The position numbers and the translations under genes are program-made. A stretch of 64,000 bases of DNA from assembly GCA_041659785.1 (NCBI GenBank), contig JBAZXO010000001.1:19795-83794 (forward strand). Direction: 5' to 3'. Shown here in pieces: positions 27,532-36,874 of this stretch. This DNA is from Minisyncoccota bacterium (lineage in GTDB: Bacteria > Patescibacteriota > Minisyncoccia > Phycocordibacterales > UBA9973). The notes beneath the pieces are model-generated. The model saw only the letters and a list, made by a program, of their open reading frames with translations. It had not been told where the DNA came from and searched no databases. Each line of letters starts with the position of its first letter. Within the stretch, counting starts at the first letter, position 1.

Positions 27532-28782
27532 ATGGCAAAACACTTATTAGAAGACATGGTGAGGGTAAAAAATATCAAAAAAACTCCCATCAAAATAGAA
27601 CCCCCAAAGATAGAGCCTTTTAAAAATGAGCGTATACCTGAGATAGAAGTAAAATATTCTAAAAATAAATCCAGATACATGCTTTGGTTCGTAGCATTAA
27701 TTTCTGTCGTATTTTGTTTTTTTGCCATTTCTTTTTTATTTGCAAAAGCAGAAATCTCGGTAAATCTAAAAACAAAAGATGTTGTTTTAAATGAAAACTT
27801 ATCTGCTCTTATAAATTCTAATACAGACGTATTGCCTTTCGAGCTCACTCATCTTTCAGGTGATACATCGAAGACAATCGTTTTGGAAGAGAGGGATTTA
27901 AAAGAAAATGCTAAAGGCAAGATTGTTGTTTATAATAAATTTAGTTCTAGTCCTCAAACTCTCGCTATTGATACACGCTTAGAAGGATCCAATAATAAAA
28001 TTTATAAAACAAAAACAAAGGTAATCATTCCAGGAATGAGTAAAGCTGGAATTCCGGGTCAAATTGGCGTGGACATATATGCCTTAGAACAAGGAGCAGC
28101 GTATAATAGTGCTCCACTTGATTTTAAGATAGCAGCCTTTAAGGGAACGAGTAAATATGCAAAATTTTATGGCAGATCAGTGGGGGATATTACAGGTGGT
28201 ATTGTTGGTAAATCTCGCCAAATTAGTGATTTACAAAAAACTCAAACAACAGATGAGCTCAAGCCAATTTTACAAGACAAGCTTTACAATAAAATTGCGA
28301 GTCAGATTCCAGGATTTTTGTTATATAAGGATGCTATGTTTTTAAATGTTGAAGATATTACCACTGGGGCCGTAGCTCCCGATGGTTCAGCTGTTCTAAC
28401 TTTAAAAGGCACTCTTTACGGTATCATTTTTAATGAAAAAAAATTAACTGATAAAATAGCTAAAGACAATATTGAAAAATATGATAATAGTGAAGTTTAT
28501 ATACCAAACATTAAGAGTTTAAACTTTTCTCTTTCCGACAAAGGAAATATCGTATTTGATAGTGTAAAAAATATAAATTTCACTTTGTCGGGCCCTACGA
28601 AGATTGTCTGGAAACTTGATATAAATAAATTTACTACAGATTTACTTGGTAAACCTAAAAAAGACTTTAATCAACTTCTTTCAGAATATCCCAGTATTAG
28701 TTCTGCTCTTGTGAAGTTGAGCCCACCCTGGATACAATCTATTCCCAATAAAGCTAAAGATATAAAAATAACAGTAAATTAG
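27532..28782 (+). CDS. Membrane-anchored baseplate-J-like protein (CPR type)
   Basis: Single TM; A-x-G-x-I-x-VYN...Q-x-L...TRL...PG...A...G-x-x-YN...GG; C-terminal P-x-W...P...I. Confidence 0.55.
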   Translation: MAKHLLEDMVRVKNIKKTPIKIEPPKIEPFKNERIPEIEVKYSKNKSRYMLWFVALISVVFCFFAISFLFAKAEISVNLKTKDVVLNENLSALINSNTDVLPFELTHLSGDTSKTIVLEERDLKENAKGKIVVYNKFSSSPQTLAIDTRLEGSNNKIYKTKTKVIIPGMSKAGIPGQIGVDIYALEQGAAYNSAPLDFKIAAFKGTSKYAKFYGRSVGDITGGIVGKSRQISDLQKTQTTDELKPILQDKLYNKIASQIPGFLLYKDAMFLNVEDITTGAVAPDGSAVLTLKGTLYGIIFNEKKLTDKIAKDNIEKYDNSEVYIPNIKSLNFSLSDKGNIVFDSVKNINFTLSGPTKIVWKLDINKFTTDLLGKPKKDFNQLLSEYPSISSALVKLSPPWIQSIPNKAKDIKITVN

Positions 28783-28835
28783 ATAATGTTTATTTGACTT
28801 AATTTACTAATTTTACTATAATATACAATATATTC

Positions 28836-29069
28836 ATGAGTGACCTAAGAAAAGAAAAAATAGTAACAGCGAGGGGAGTTGTCACTGAGGCACTACCTTC
28901 TACTTTATTTAGAGTCAAAATGGAAGATAAGGAAGACGAAGGAAAAGAAATTCTTGCATACTTGGGAGGAAAAATGCGGATGCACAGAATTAAAGTTTTG
29001 ATAGGTGATTCAGTCGAAATAGTGCTCGATCCTTATGGCGGAAAGGGAAGAATCGTTAAAAGGTTGTAA
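28836..29069 (+). CDS. infA: Translation initiation factor IF-1
   Basis: GVVTEALP..FRV...GKMR..RI.VL.GD; TTGACT-N17-TATAAT promoter upstream. Confidence 0.95.
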   Translation: MSDLRKEKIVTARGVVTEALPSTLFRVKMEDKEDEGKEILAYLGGKMRMHRIKVLIGDSVEIVLDPYGGKGRIVKRL

Positions 29070-29180
29070 TTTTTTTAATAATAGTGTATTATACTAATTA
29101 CGGTTTTTAAAAAGTTAGAGCATTGAAAAATAAGGGTCTTTTCCTTGTTTTTCTCTTGTTTTGTTTTGAAAAAAATTTTT

Positions 29181-29291
29181 ATGAAAATAAAATCAGCAGT
29201 AAAAAAAATTTGTGATAATTGTAAAATGGTTAAAAGAGCCAGGCATTTAAGAATAATTTGTACTAACCCTAAACACAAACAAAAACAATAA
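29181..29291 (+). CDS. rpmJ: 50S ribosomal protein L36 (absent from the ORF track)
   Basis: [36 protein letters not shown], between infA and rpsM. Confidence 0.95.
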   Translation: MKIKSAVKKICDNCKMVKRARHLRIICTNPKHKQKQ

Positions 29292-29294
29292 TTT

Positions 29295-29675
29295 ATGAGA
29301 ATTTTAGGAATTACAGTACCAAATGAAAAAAGACTCGAAATTGGCTTAACCTGCCTATATGGTATTGGTGTTTCATCTGCTCGTAAAATTCTAAAGCAAG
29401 TTAATATTGACTATGGTAAAAAAGCTAAAGATTTAACCCTGGACGAAGAAAATAGCATCCGTGCTATTGTCGAGAAAATATCAATTGAAGGAAACCTAAA
29501 AAGGGAAGTGGCTGCAAATATAAAGAGATTGAAAGATATAAAAAGTTACCGAGGTGTTCGCCACATGAAGAGATTACCAGTTCGCGGACAACGCACTAAA
29601 ACAAATTCCCGAACAGTTCGAGGCAACGTCAGAAAGACAATGGCTTCAGGTAAGAGAAAAGAAAGTAAAACATAG
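29295..29675 (+). CDS. rpsM: 30S ribosomal protein S13
   Basis: YGIG, YRG-x-RH...LPVRGQRTKTN. Confidence 0.97.
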   Translation: MRILGITVPNEKRLEIGLTCLYGIGVSSARKILKQVNIDYGKKAKDLTLDEENSIRAIVEKISIEGNLKREVAANIKRLKDIKSYRGVRHMKRLPVRGQRTKTNSRTVRGNVRKTMASGKRKESKT

Positions 29676-29693
29676 TATTAAATAAAATTTTAA

Positions 29694-30128
29694 ATGCCAA
29701 AGACAAAAACAACAACAGAAGAAGAAATAAAGCCTGAAGGAGAAGAAGTAAAAAAAGCTCCATCAAAAACAGCAAAGAAGAAAGTTAATTCTGGTGTTTT
29801 GCATGTTGAGGCCACCTTCAACAATACGAAAGTTCTTTTTTCAGATAAATTAGGCAATACATTATTTTGGTCAAGTGCTGGAAGCTTAGGCTTCAGAGGA
29901 GCAAAGAAGGGAACTCCCTTCGCAGCTTCCAAGGTTGGAGATATTATCGGTGGTAAGGCAGAAATCCTTGGAGTAAAGGATGCTGATGTTGTTATCTTGG
30001 GGGTTGGATCCGGACGTGAACCAGCAGTGAGAGCATTTATGGCTCATGGTATAGAGATCACTTCTATTCTAGACGCTACACCAGTACCTCACAATGGACC
30101 AAAAGCTAAGAAGCCCAGAAGAGTATAA
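29694..30128 (+). CDS. rpsK: 30S ribosomal protein S11
   Basis: ATFNNT, K-x-TPFAA, GSGRE, TPVPHNG. Confidence 0.97.
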   Translation: MPKTKTTTEEEIKPEGEEVKKAPSKTAKKKVNSGVLHVEATFNNTKVLFSDKLGNTLFWSSAGSLGFRGAKKGTPFAASKVGDIIGGKAEILGVKDADVVILGVGSGREPAVRAFMAHGIEITSILDATPVPHNGPKAKKPRRV

Positions 30129-30153
30129 GAGAGTTTAATTTTTAAAAAGATTT

Positions 30154-30756
30154 ATGATATCAAAACCAAAATTTAAAATTTGTAGAAGACTTGGTCCAGG
30201 AGTTTATGACAAATGTCAGACTGCTAAATTTTCTGCGTCTTCTACTAAAACTTTACCAGGAGGTAAACGACCCAAGGCTCCCACTGAATATGGAGTACAG
30301 CTTATCGAAAAGCAAAAAATTCGTTTTTCATATGGAATCTCAGAACGTCAGCTTTCTAATTATGTTAAAAAAGTTTCTGCCGTTAAGGGTGCTGGAACAG
30401 CAGAGAAGCTTTATGAAGGACTTGAATCTCGCCTCGATAATGTAATTTACAGAATGGGACTCGGAGCATCACGCCGTGCCACTAGACAAATGGTTTCCCA
30501 TGGACATTTCATTGTAAATAATCATAGAGTTACCATTCCGTCATATGAAGTAAAAGTTGGAGATGTAATAAAGATTCGTGAGGGAAGTAAGGTTAAGAAA
30601 ATTTTTGCAAACCTTGCAGACAGACTAAAAGATTATACCGCACCCACTTGGGTTAGTTTTGATATAAATAGTATGGAGGGACGTATTTTAGCTAAACCTA
30701 AAAATATCGAAACCTTCCTTGATATTAATGCCGTCCTTGAGTTCTATAGTCGTTAA
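30154..30756 (+). CDS. rpsD: 30S ribosomal protein S4
   Basis: EKQK-x-RF-x-YG, LESRLDNV-x-YR, V-x-HGH, EFYSR. Confidence 0.97.
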   Translation: MISKPKFKICRRLGPGVYDKCQTAKFSASSTKTLPGGKRPKAPTEYGVQLIEKQKIRFSYGISERQLSNYVKKVSAVKGAGTAEKLYEGLESRLDNVIYRMGLGASRRATRQMVSHGHFIVNNHRVTIPSYEVKVGDVIKIREGSKVKKIFANLADRLKDYTAPTWVSFDINSMEGRILAKPKNIETFLDINAVLEFYSR

Positions 30757-30820
30757 ATTTTTTAAATATTATTAGAGTTTAATTAACTTTTCCCGCCAGG
30801 GGCGGATAAATATAAAAATT

Positions 30821-31792
30821 ATGCCTGAATATAAAATAATTATGCCTTCAAAGCCTCGTGTTGTCCTAGAAGAAGGTAATAAAGGAGTATTTGAAATAGA
30901 TGGTTTATATCCTGGATACGGCCATACATTAGGTAATAGCTTAAGAAGGATAATCCTTTCTTCTCTTCCTGGCGCCAGTGTTACTTCTGTGAAGATTGAT
31001 GGTGTTAGTCATGAATTTCAGACAATGGATGGAATCAAAGAAGATGTCATTGTGATGATTTTGAACTTAAAGAAGACTCGTTTCAAAATGCTTTCTGATG
31101 AGCCTCAGACAGTAACACTATCTATAAAAGGACCTAAAGAAGTTTTAGCTTCTGACATTAAAACTGGCGGACAAGTAGAAATATTAAATCCTGATCTACA
31201 CATCGTGGAAGTTACTGGTAAAGTAAATTTAAATATAGAAATGAAAATTGAAAAAGGCTTAGGCTTTATTTCAAAAGAAACTTTCCAAAAAGAAAAAGTT
31301 GATGTCGGTACTATTGCCGTAGATGCTATATTCTCTCCTATTCGTAGAGTTGCTTATGAAGTTGAAAACATGCGTGTCGGCGACAAGACGAACCACAATC
31401 GTCTAAGAATCTCCATCGAGACAGATGGAACCTTGACTCCTCGTGAAGCCCTATCTCGTTCTATTGAGATTATGATAAATCAATTGAAAGCCATTATTGA
31501 TTTCAAGGAGCCTGAGGAAGAAGTAAAAGTCAGTAAGAAGGCTTCAAAAGAAGAAGAAGCTGAAGGAGAAGATAAAAAAGGTGATTTTGCTGATGTTCTA
31601 AAGACTCGTACAGACAGTCTCGACCTTTCTACCAGAACATTAAATGCTCTTACTTCTGCAAATATCCGAACTCTCGGTGGTCTCGCTCGAAAGAAAAGAG
31701 AAGATTTACTTGAGATCGAAGGTATTGGAGAAAAAGGTATTACCGAGATTAAAAAGGTTTTAAACAAATTTGGCCTTAATTTAAAAGAATAA
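30821..31792 (+). CDS. rpoA: RNA polymerase alpha subunit
   Basis: GYG-x-TLGNSLRRI-x-LSS, DA-x-FSPI, alpha-CTD. Confidence 0.97.
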   Translation: MPEYKIIMPSKPRVVLEEGNKGVFEIDGLYPGYGHTLGNSLRRIILSSLPGASVTSVKIDGVSHEFQTMDGIKEDVIVMILNLKKTRFKMLSDEPQTVTLSIKGPKEVLASDIKTGGQVEILNPDLHIVEVTGKVNLNIEMKIEKGLGFISKETFQKEKVDVGTIAVDAIFSPIRRVAYEVENMRVGDKTNHNRLRISIETDGTLTPREALSRSIEIMINQLKAIIDFKEPEEEVKVSKKASKEEEAEGEDKKGDFADVLKTRTDSLDLSTRTLNALTSANIRTLGGLARKKREDLLEIEGIGEKGITEIKKVLNKFGLNLKE

Positions 31793-31817
31793 CTACGAGC
31801 TTAACGCCACTAATTAT

Positions 31818-32174
31818 ATGAGACATGGAAATAATGTAAGAAAATTTGGGAGAGATAAAACACAAAAGAGAGCGCTTTTGAATTCTTTAGCACTCAATTT
31901 AATCGTACGTGAAAAAATAAAAACGACTGAACCTAAAGCAAAAGAACTTCGACCATTTATCGAGAAGCTTGTAACTCGTGCCAAGGGAGGAAGTTTAGCA
32001 ACACGCAGACTCATCATCGCGAAGCTTTCAAACCGCAGTGCTGAAGTTAAAAAGCTTTTTGATGTAATTGCACCAAGATATACAGATAAAAAAGGTGGGT
32101 ATACGAGAGTATTAAAATTAGGAGCCCGAAAATCAGATGGTGCCAAGATGGCGATTATAGAGTTTGTAAAATAA
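31818..32174 (+). CDS. rplQ: 50S ribosomal protein L17
   Basis: MRH, I-x-TT-x-x-KAKE, GGYTR. Confidence 0.97.
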   Translation: MRHGNNVRKFGRDKTQKRALLNSLALNLIVREKIKTTEPKAKELRPFIEKLVTRAKGGSLATRRLIIAKLSNRSAEVKKLFDVIAPRYTDKKGGYTRVLKLGARKSDGAKMAIIEFVK

Positions 32175-32208
32175 AGTTTTCTTGTGTTATTGATAAAAAT
32201 AAATTAGT

Positions 32209-32586
32209 ATGAAAAATGTAATGAAAAAAACAGACAATAGAGAAATAAAGACCATAGATGCATCAGGTAGAACACTTGGCAGAGTAGCTAGTGAAGTGGC
32301 GATGTCTTTGATGGGTAAGACCAAGGCGACTTTCGAACGCAATGTTTATTCTGGTTTTCCCGTAAAAGTAATTAATGCAAGTAAGCTACGCATTACACCA
32401 AAGAAATTAGATGAAATTTATCATACTAGATATTCAGGTATTCCAGGTGGACTACGTATTTTAAAAGGTAGTTATACTGCTTCCAATCAGGGGTTAAAGG
32501 AATTAATCAAGCTCGCAACATTTCAAATGCTTCCAGGAAATAAATTACGCCGAATTATGATGAAACATTTAACAATTGTAGATTAA
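32209..32586 (+). CDS. rplM: 50S ribosomal protein L13 (divergent, short C-terminus)
   Basis: IDA-x-G-x-x-LGR-x-AS, VINA, SG-x-PGG, MLP-x-NKL. Confidence 0.9.
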   Translation: MKNVMKKTDNREIKTIDASGRTLGRVASEVAMSLMGKTKATFERNVYSGFPVKVINASKLRITPKKLDEIYHTRYSGIPGGLRILKGSYTASNQGLKELIKLATFQMLPGNKLRRIMMKHLTIVD

Positions 32587-32625
32587 TAATACTTGCCCCG
32601 CCATGGCGGAGTGAAGATAAAGAAA

Positions 32626-33051
32626 ATGACAACAGAAACAAAAGGAAAATACATCGAAGCCATCGGAAGAAGAAAAACTTCTACTGCTAGAGTACGTATC
32701 ACCGAAGGCTCAAAAGCTCATTTTACTGTAAATGGTATTGATGCTAAGGATTATTTTAAGACAGAAGAAGAGCGACGTTTGATATTAGATCCTATAATCA
32801 AAGGTATACCAACGGGTGGAGCTAAGTCTGATGTTAAGTGGGTTGTAGATGTTCATGTATCAGGTGGTGGAACTCATTCTCAATCAGAAGCTATTCGTCA
32901 TGGTCTTGCACGAGCTCTTACTGAATCAGATGTAACCTTACGTGGAGGTTTGAAAACATTAGGCTTCTTAAAGCGTGATCCTAGAGCAAAAGAACGCAGA
33001 AAATTCGGTCTCAAGAAAGCTCGCAAAGCTCCTCAGTGGTCCAAACGTTAA
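32626..33051 (+). CDS. rpsI: 30S ribosomal protein S9
   Basis: GRRKTS-x-ARV, RDPR-x-KERRK-x-GLKKARKAPQWSKR; the ORF-track upstream extension is a repeat. Confidence 0.97.
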   Translation: MTTETKGKYIEAIGRRKTSTARVRITEGSKAHFTVNGIDAKDYFKTEEERRLILDPIIKGIPTGGAKSDVKWVVDVHVSGGGTHSQSEAIRHGLARALTESDVTLRGGLKTLGFLKRDPRAKERRKFGLKKARKAPQWSKR

Positions 33052-33056
33052 TTCTA

Positions 33057-33086
33057 AAATACCCCTTTCTTATAGGGGTATTTTTA
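33057..33086 (+). terminator. Intrinsic terminator after rpsI
   Basis: AAAATACCCCT...AGGGGTATTTTT. Confidence 0.65.
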
Positions 33087-33101
33087 TGTTAAGATAAATA
33101 T

Positions 33102-33740
33102 ATGGTAGATAAAGAAGAAAAGAAACTTGCCCCGTCCAAAGGCGGGGATAATGAAATTCCTACAGAGGGAGATACTTCCGAGGTTCTTGAATTTGAGTTC
33201 AACGAAGACGGGGAAGAAGATTTAAAGAAAACTCTAAAGAAATTTAGAGCGGACATAAAAGAACTCAAGAAAGAAAACTACGAGCTTAACGCCACAAGTA
33301 TTGAGTATCTTACTGGCTGGCAGAAAGAGCGAGCAGAATTCGCAAATTATAGAAAACAAGAAGATGAAAGAAAAGCAATCTTTTCCGAAGCGATGCGTGA
33401 GAGAATACTTACTCGTTTTTTGACCGTCTCTGATAGCTTCAACATGGCTTTCGCAAACAAAGAGGCTTGGGAAAAAGTCGATGATAATTGGCGTAAAGGT
33501 GTGGAATATATTTATGCTCAGATGAATGGAATATTTGAAGAATATGGAGTGAAACCCGTAGGTGAAGTAGGTGAGAGTTTTGACCCCAATATTCATCAAT
33601 CTGTCGATGTTGTAGAAACAGACAAAAAAGAACTAGAACACAAGGTGGCAACTGTGATACAAAAAGGCTATAAATTAGGCGAGCGCGTCATGCGTCCAGC
33701 TAGGGTAAATGTGTACGAGTTCAAAGAAAAAGTAGTATAA
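33102..33740 (+). CDS. grpE: Nucleotide exchange factor GrpE
   Basis: AEF-x-NYRK, FDPN-x-H, QKGY...RPARV. Confidence 0.93.
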   Translation: MVDKEEKKLAPSKGGDNEIPTEGDTSEVLEFEFNEDGEEDLKKTLKKFRADIKELKKENYELNATSIEYLTGWQKERAEFANYRKQEDERKAIFSEAMRERILTRFLTVSDSFNMAFANKEAWEKVDDNWRKGVEYIYAQMNGIFEEYGVKPVGEVGESFDPNIHQSVDVVETDKKELEHKVATVIQKGYKLGERVMRPARVNVYEFKEKVV

Positions 33741-33748
33741 TAAGATAA

Positions 33749-33819
33749 ACCCCCACACCTATTTCAAGTGCACATCAAATATATACTAAGCTTAATATTT
33801 TAAAAATAGGTGTGGGGGT
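33749..33819. repeat. 71-bp MITE-like element with perfect 16-bp terminal inverted repeats
   Basis: ACCCCCACACCTATTT ... AAATAGGTGTGGGGGT. Confidence 0.7.
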
Positions 33820-33853
33820 AAAGGTCGTTTGTTGGTTATAATATCTTATTTTT

Positions 33854-34159
33854 ATGGTATTTATTTACACAACTTGCGCGGATTCTATTGAGGCACAACT
33901 TTTAGGTAAATTAATTATCGAAAAAAAGCTCGGTGTCTCTATAGACTATTGGCCAATAGACTCTATCTATAATTGGGAGGGTAATATAAAAGAAGTGTCA
34001 CAAATGATGCTAATGATTACTACTCTTGAATCTAAGCTCGAAGAAGTGAATGATTTAGTTTCTAAACATCACAGCTACTCCACACCAATAATTGCTGGTG
34101 TCGATGTTCGTAGAATTAACAGAGCTTATAAAGAGTGGATGACCAAAAATATTACCTAA
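33854..34159 (+). CDS. cutA: Divalent-cation tolerance protein CutA
   Basis: Y-x-T...EA, SIY-x-WEG, H-x-Y-x-TP-x-I, Y-x-x-W. Confidence 0.85.
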   Translation: MVFIYTTCADSIEAQLLGKLIIEKKLGVSIDYWPIDSIYNWEGNIKEVSQMMLMITTLESKLEEVNDLVSKHHSYSTPIIAGVDVRRINRAYKEWMTKNIT

Positions 34160-34236
34160 ATGCATATTTACGCCATGGCGTATATATAAAATATTTCTTA
34201 AACTATCATATATGATATATTAAGAAATTAAATGTT

Positions 34237-34770
34237 TTATTTTCCGAAAGTTTTAAATAAAACTTTCTTACTCTCTTCGTCTATAAATTCGGTGACAATG
34301 ATCATCATTTCTGTAGTTAGTCCTAAATCTTTTTTAATATTCGTAAATAAATGTTCGTATGGGAAAGGGGAGATCCATGCAGAATTTTTTAAACATATGA
34401 AGCCCGCTTTTTTTAAAAGGTAGCGCAAGCTCTCGCGTTCAGATTTTCTATCTTCAGGAAGATCTAGGAGAATAATTCTCCATAAACCATCCCAAGAAGT
34501 ATTTACCAGAGTCGTATCATTGTCTAACTTTAAGCTATTCATTTTCTTTCTTCCTTCTTTTGTCAGCCTAGCATATTCGTTTTGTGGGGATGGTATTTGC
34601 TCTATGAGTCCAGCTTCCTTTAAGCCCTTTAAAGAGCGTGTAAGGGCATATTTGTCCGCCTGAGAGCAGTCCTTTTGGTTTATCCTTTCTGTTAGTTCTG
34701 ATAGTGAAATAGCTGATTTTTCCCCTAAAATCTTGAGTATTTTCTTGGAATATTTTGATTTGCTTGACAT
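34237..34770 (-). CDS. PaaX-like wHTH + Cas2-like-fold regulator (CPR type)
   Basis: wHTH ending LTKEG, then WDG-x-WR...D-x-PE..K..R..LR..L...GF....S-x-W. Confidence 0.8.
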   Translation of the reverse strand: MSSKSKYSKKILKILGEKSAISLSELTERINQKDCSQADKYALTRSLKGLKEAGLIEQIPSPQNEYARLTKEGRKKMNSLKLDNDTTLVNTSWDGLWRIILLDLPEDRKSERESLRYLLKKAGFICLKNSAWISPFPYEHLFTNIKKDLGLTTEMMIIVTEFIDEESKKVLFKTFGK

Positions 34771-34857
34771 AGATATATACTATCATATATACTACTTTTA
34801 TACAAATAATTAGTGGTCGCGAAATATAAGTTAAATTATAAAATAATCATATAACAT

Positions 34858-36750
34858 ATGAGTAAAATAATAGGTATAGATTTGGGTACAACAAATTCGG
34901 CTGTCGCTATCATTGAAGGAGGCGCACCAAAGATTATTGAAAATGTCGAAGGAAACAGAACGACACCTTCTGTGGTTGCCACAGCAAAAAATGGTGACCG
35001 CATCGTCGGCTTACTTGCTAAGAGGCAAGCAGTTACAAATCCAGAAAATACAATTGCTGAAATCAAGCGCTTCATGGGGCATCGTTTTGATGATCCAGAA
35101 GTTCAGAAAGATCATCAGACTGCAGCATTTAAAATTGAAGCCGGAGATGGTGGTGGAGTAAAAGTAAAAATGACAGATAAGTTTTACCGACCAGAAGAAA
35201 TTTCTGCGATGATCTTACAGAAAATTAAAGCAGATGTGGAAGCAAAGTTGGGTGAAAAGATTACTGAAGCTGTCATCACTGTGCCAGCATATTTCAACGA
35301 TGCTCAAAGAAAGGCTACCAAGGATGCAGGAGCTATCGCAGGACTTGATGTGAAGCGTATCATCAATGAACCTACAGCTGCAGCACTTGCTTATGGTTTC
35401 GATAAAAAGAAAAATGAAAAAGTTGTCGTCTACGATTTCGGTGGAGGAACTTTCGATGTGTCCGTCCTTGAAATAGGTGATGATGTCATAGAAGTAAAAT
35501 CAACCGATGGAGACAGTCACATGGGTGGAGGTGATATTGATAGAAAAATAATTGCATGGATTGCTGACGAATATAAAAAGGAATCAGGTATTGATGTAAC
35601 GAAAGATCCACTTGCACACCAGAGACTAAAAGAAGCAGCAGAAAAAGCTAAACATGAACTTTCTACAACAATAGAAACTGAAATAAATATCCCATTTATA
35701 ACTTCCGATGCATCTGGACCAAAACACTTACTCTTGAAGATGACTCGTGCCATGCTCGAATCTCTTGCGAAAGAATACATTGATCGCTCTATCGAAATCA
35801 CGAAGAGAGCCCTCGCTGCTTCTCCATTTAAAATGAATGAGATAAATGAAATCATCATGGTGGGTGGTCAGACCAGAATGCCAGCTATCGTCTCTGCTGT
35901 TAAAAATCTCTTCGGCAAAGAGCCAAATATGTCTATAAATCCTGACGAAGTCGTAGCCCTCGGTGCTGCAGTGCAGGCTGGAGTCCTAGCCGGTGATGTG
36001 CGAGACGTGCTTCTTCTTGATGTTATACCTCTATCTTTAGGTATTGAGACATTGGGTGGAGTGTCTACAAAGTTAATTGAAAGAAATACAACTATTCCAT
36101 CTTCTAAATCTCAAGTATTCTCTACCGCTGCTGACAATCAGACTTCTGTAGAAATACATATCGTTCAAGGTGAACGTCCAATGGCTTCCGACAACAAATC
36201 TCTCGGACGATTTATCTTGGACGGAGTTCCACCAGCACCTCGTGGCATGCCACAAATCGAAGTCGCTTTCGACGTCGATGCGAACGGAATCTTGAATGTC
36301 ACCGCGAAGGATAAAGCTTCAGGAAAGAGCCAATCAATAAAAATTGAAGCAAGTTCTGGACTTAAAGACGAAGATATTAAAAAGATGCAAGCCGATGCTG
36401 AGCTTCATGCCGAAGAAGATAAAAAGAAGAAAGAAAATGCAGAAGTGAAAAATACTGCAGAGATGATTATCTACACTGCAGAGAAAGCATTGAAAGATAA
36501 TGAAGCAAAAATTCCTGCAGAATTAAAGGATGAAGTAAATGCTAAAATTACTGCACTCCGTGGAGTAAAAGATGGCACTGATGGTGAAGCGATAAAGAAA
36601 GCTACTGAAGAACTTTCAACAGAGATGTCTAAAATCGGTGAAGCTGTATCTAAGGCCGGCGCCGAGACTCCGGGAGCAAGTGCTCCAGAAGAGCAACCCG
36701 CAGAAGTAAAAGAAAAGACAGAAGGTGAAGAAGAAACACCAAAAGCGTAA
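34858..36750 (+). CDS. dnaK: Chaperone DnaK
   Basis: [32 protein letters not shown]. Confidence 0.98.
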   Translation: MSKIIGIDLGTTNSAVAIIEGGAPKIIENVEGNRTTPSVVATAKNGDRIVGLLAKRQAVTNPENTIAEIKRFMGHRFDDPEVQKDHQTAAFKIEAGDGGGVKVKMTDKFYRPEEISAMILQKIKADVEAKLGEKITEAVITVPAYFNDAQRKATKDAGAIAGLDVKRIINEPTAAALAYGFDKKKNEKVVVYDFGGGTFDVSVLEIGDDVIEVKSTDGDSHMGGGDIDRKIIAWIADEYKKESGIDVTKDPLAHQRLKEAAEKAKHELSTTIETEINIPFITSDASGPKHLLLKMTRAMLESLAKEYIDRSIEITKRALAASPFKMNEINEIIMVGGQTRMPAIVSAVKNLFGKEPNMSINPDEVVALGAAVQAGVLAGDVRDVLLLDVIPLSLGIETLGGVSTKLIERNTTIPSSKSQVFSTAADNQTSVEIHIVQGERPMASDNKSLGRFILDGVPPAPRGMPQIEVAFDVDANGILNVTAKDKASGKSQSIKIEASSGLKDEDIKKMQADAELHAEEDKKKKENAEVKNTAEMIIYTAEKALKDNEAKIPAELKDEVNAKITALRGVKDGTDGEAIKKATEELSTEMSKIGEAVSKAGAETPGASAPEEQPAEVKEKTEGEEETPKA

Positions 36751-36778
36751 TTGTTCAACACTCGGTGTTAAACATTCA

Positions 36779-36808
36779 AAAACCGCTAGGTAAGACCTAG
36801 CGGTTTTT
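36779..36808 (+). terminator. Intrinsic terminator after dnaK
   Basis: AAAACCGCTAGGT-AAG-ACCTAGCGGTTTTT. Confidence 0.8.
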
Positions 36809-36874
36809 GTTGCTTTTGTCTACGGGGAGGGGTTATAATTAAAAGGTTAATTTATCAGTTTAATTTTTTAATGT

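Noticed and set aside
25197-28782. Prophage or tailocin (fibre-like and baseplate-like genes)
   Set aside because: No capsid, terminase, sheath, tube or integrase; the fibre-like genes have signal peptides and sit among housekeeping genes
29075-29278. 67-aa minus-strand ORF
   Set aside because: Antisense shadow of rpmJ (29181-29291)
31887-31895. CIRCE half-site TTAGCACTC near the chaperone genes
   Set aside because: It lies inside rplQ and has no GAGTGCTAA second half
34237-34770. Possible CRISPR-Cas locus (Cas2-like fold)
   Set aside because: No cas1, effector gene or repeat-spacer array in the window; the wHTH fusion fits a PaaX-like regulator
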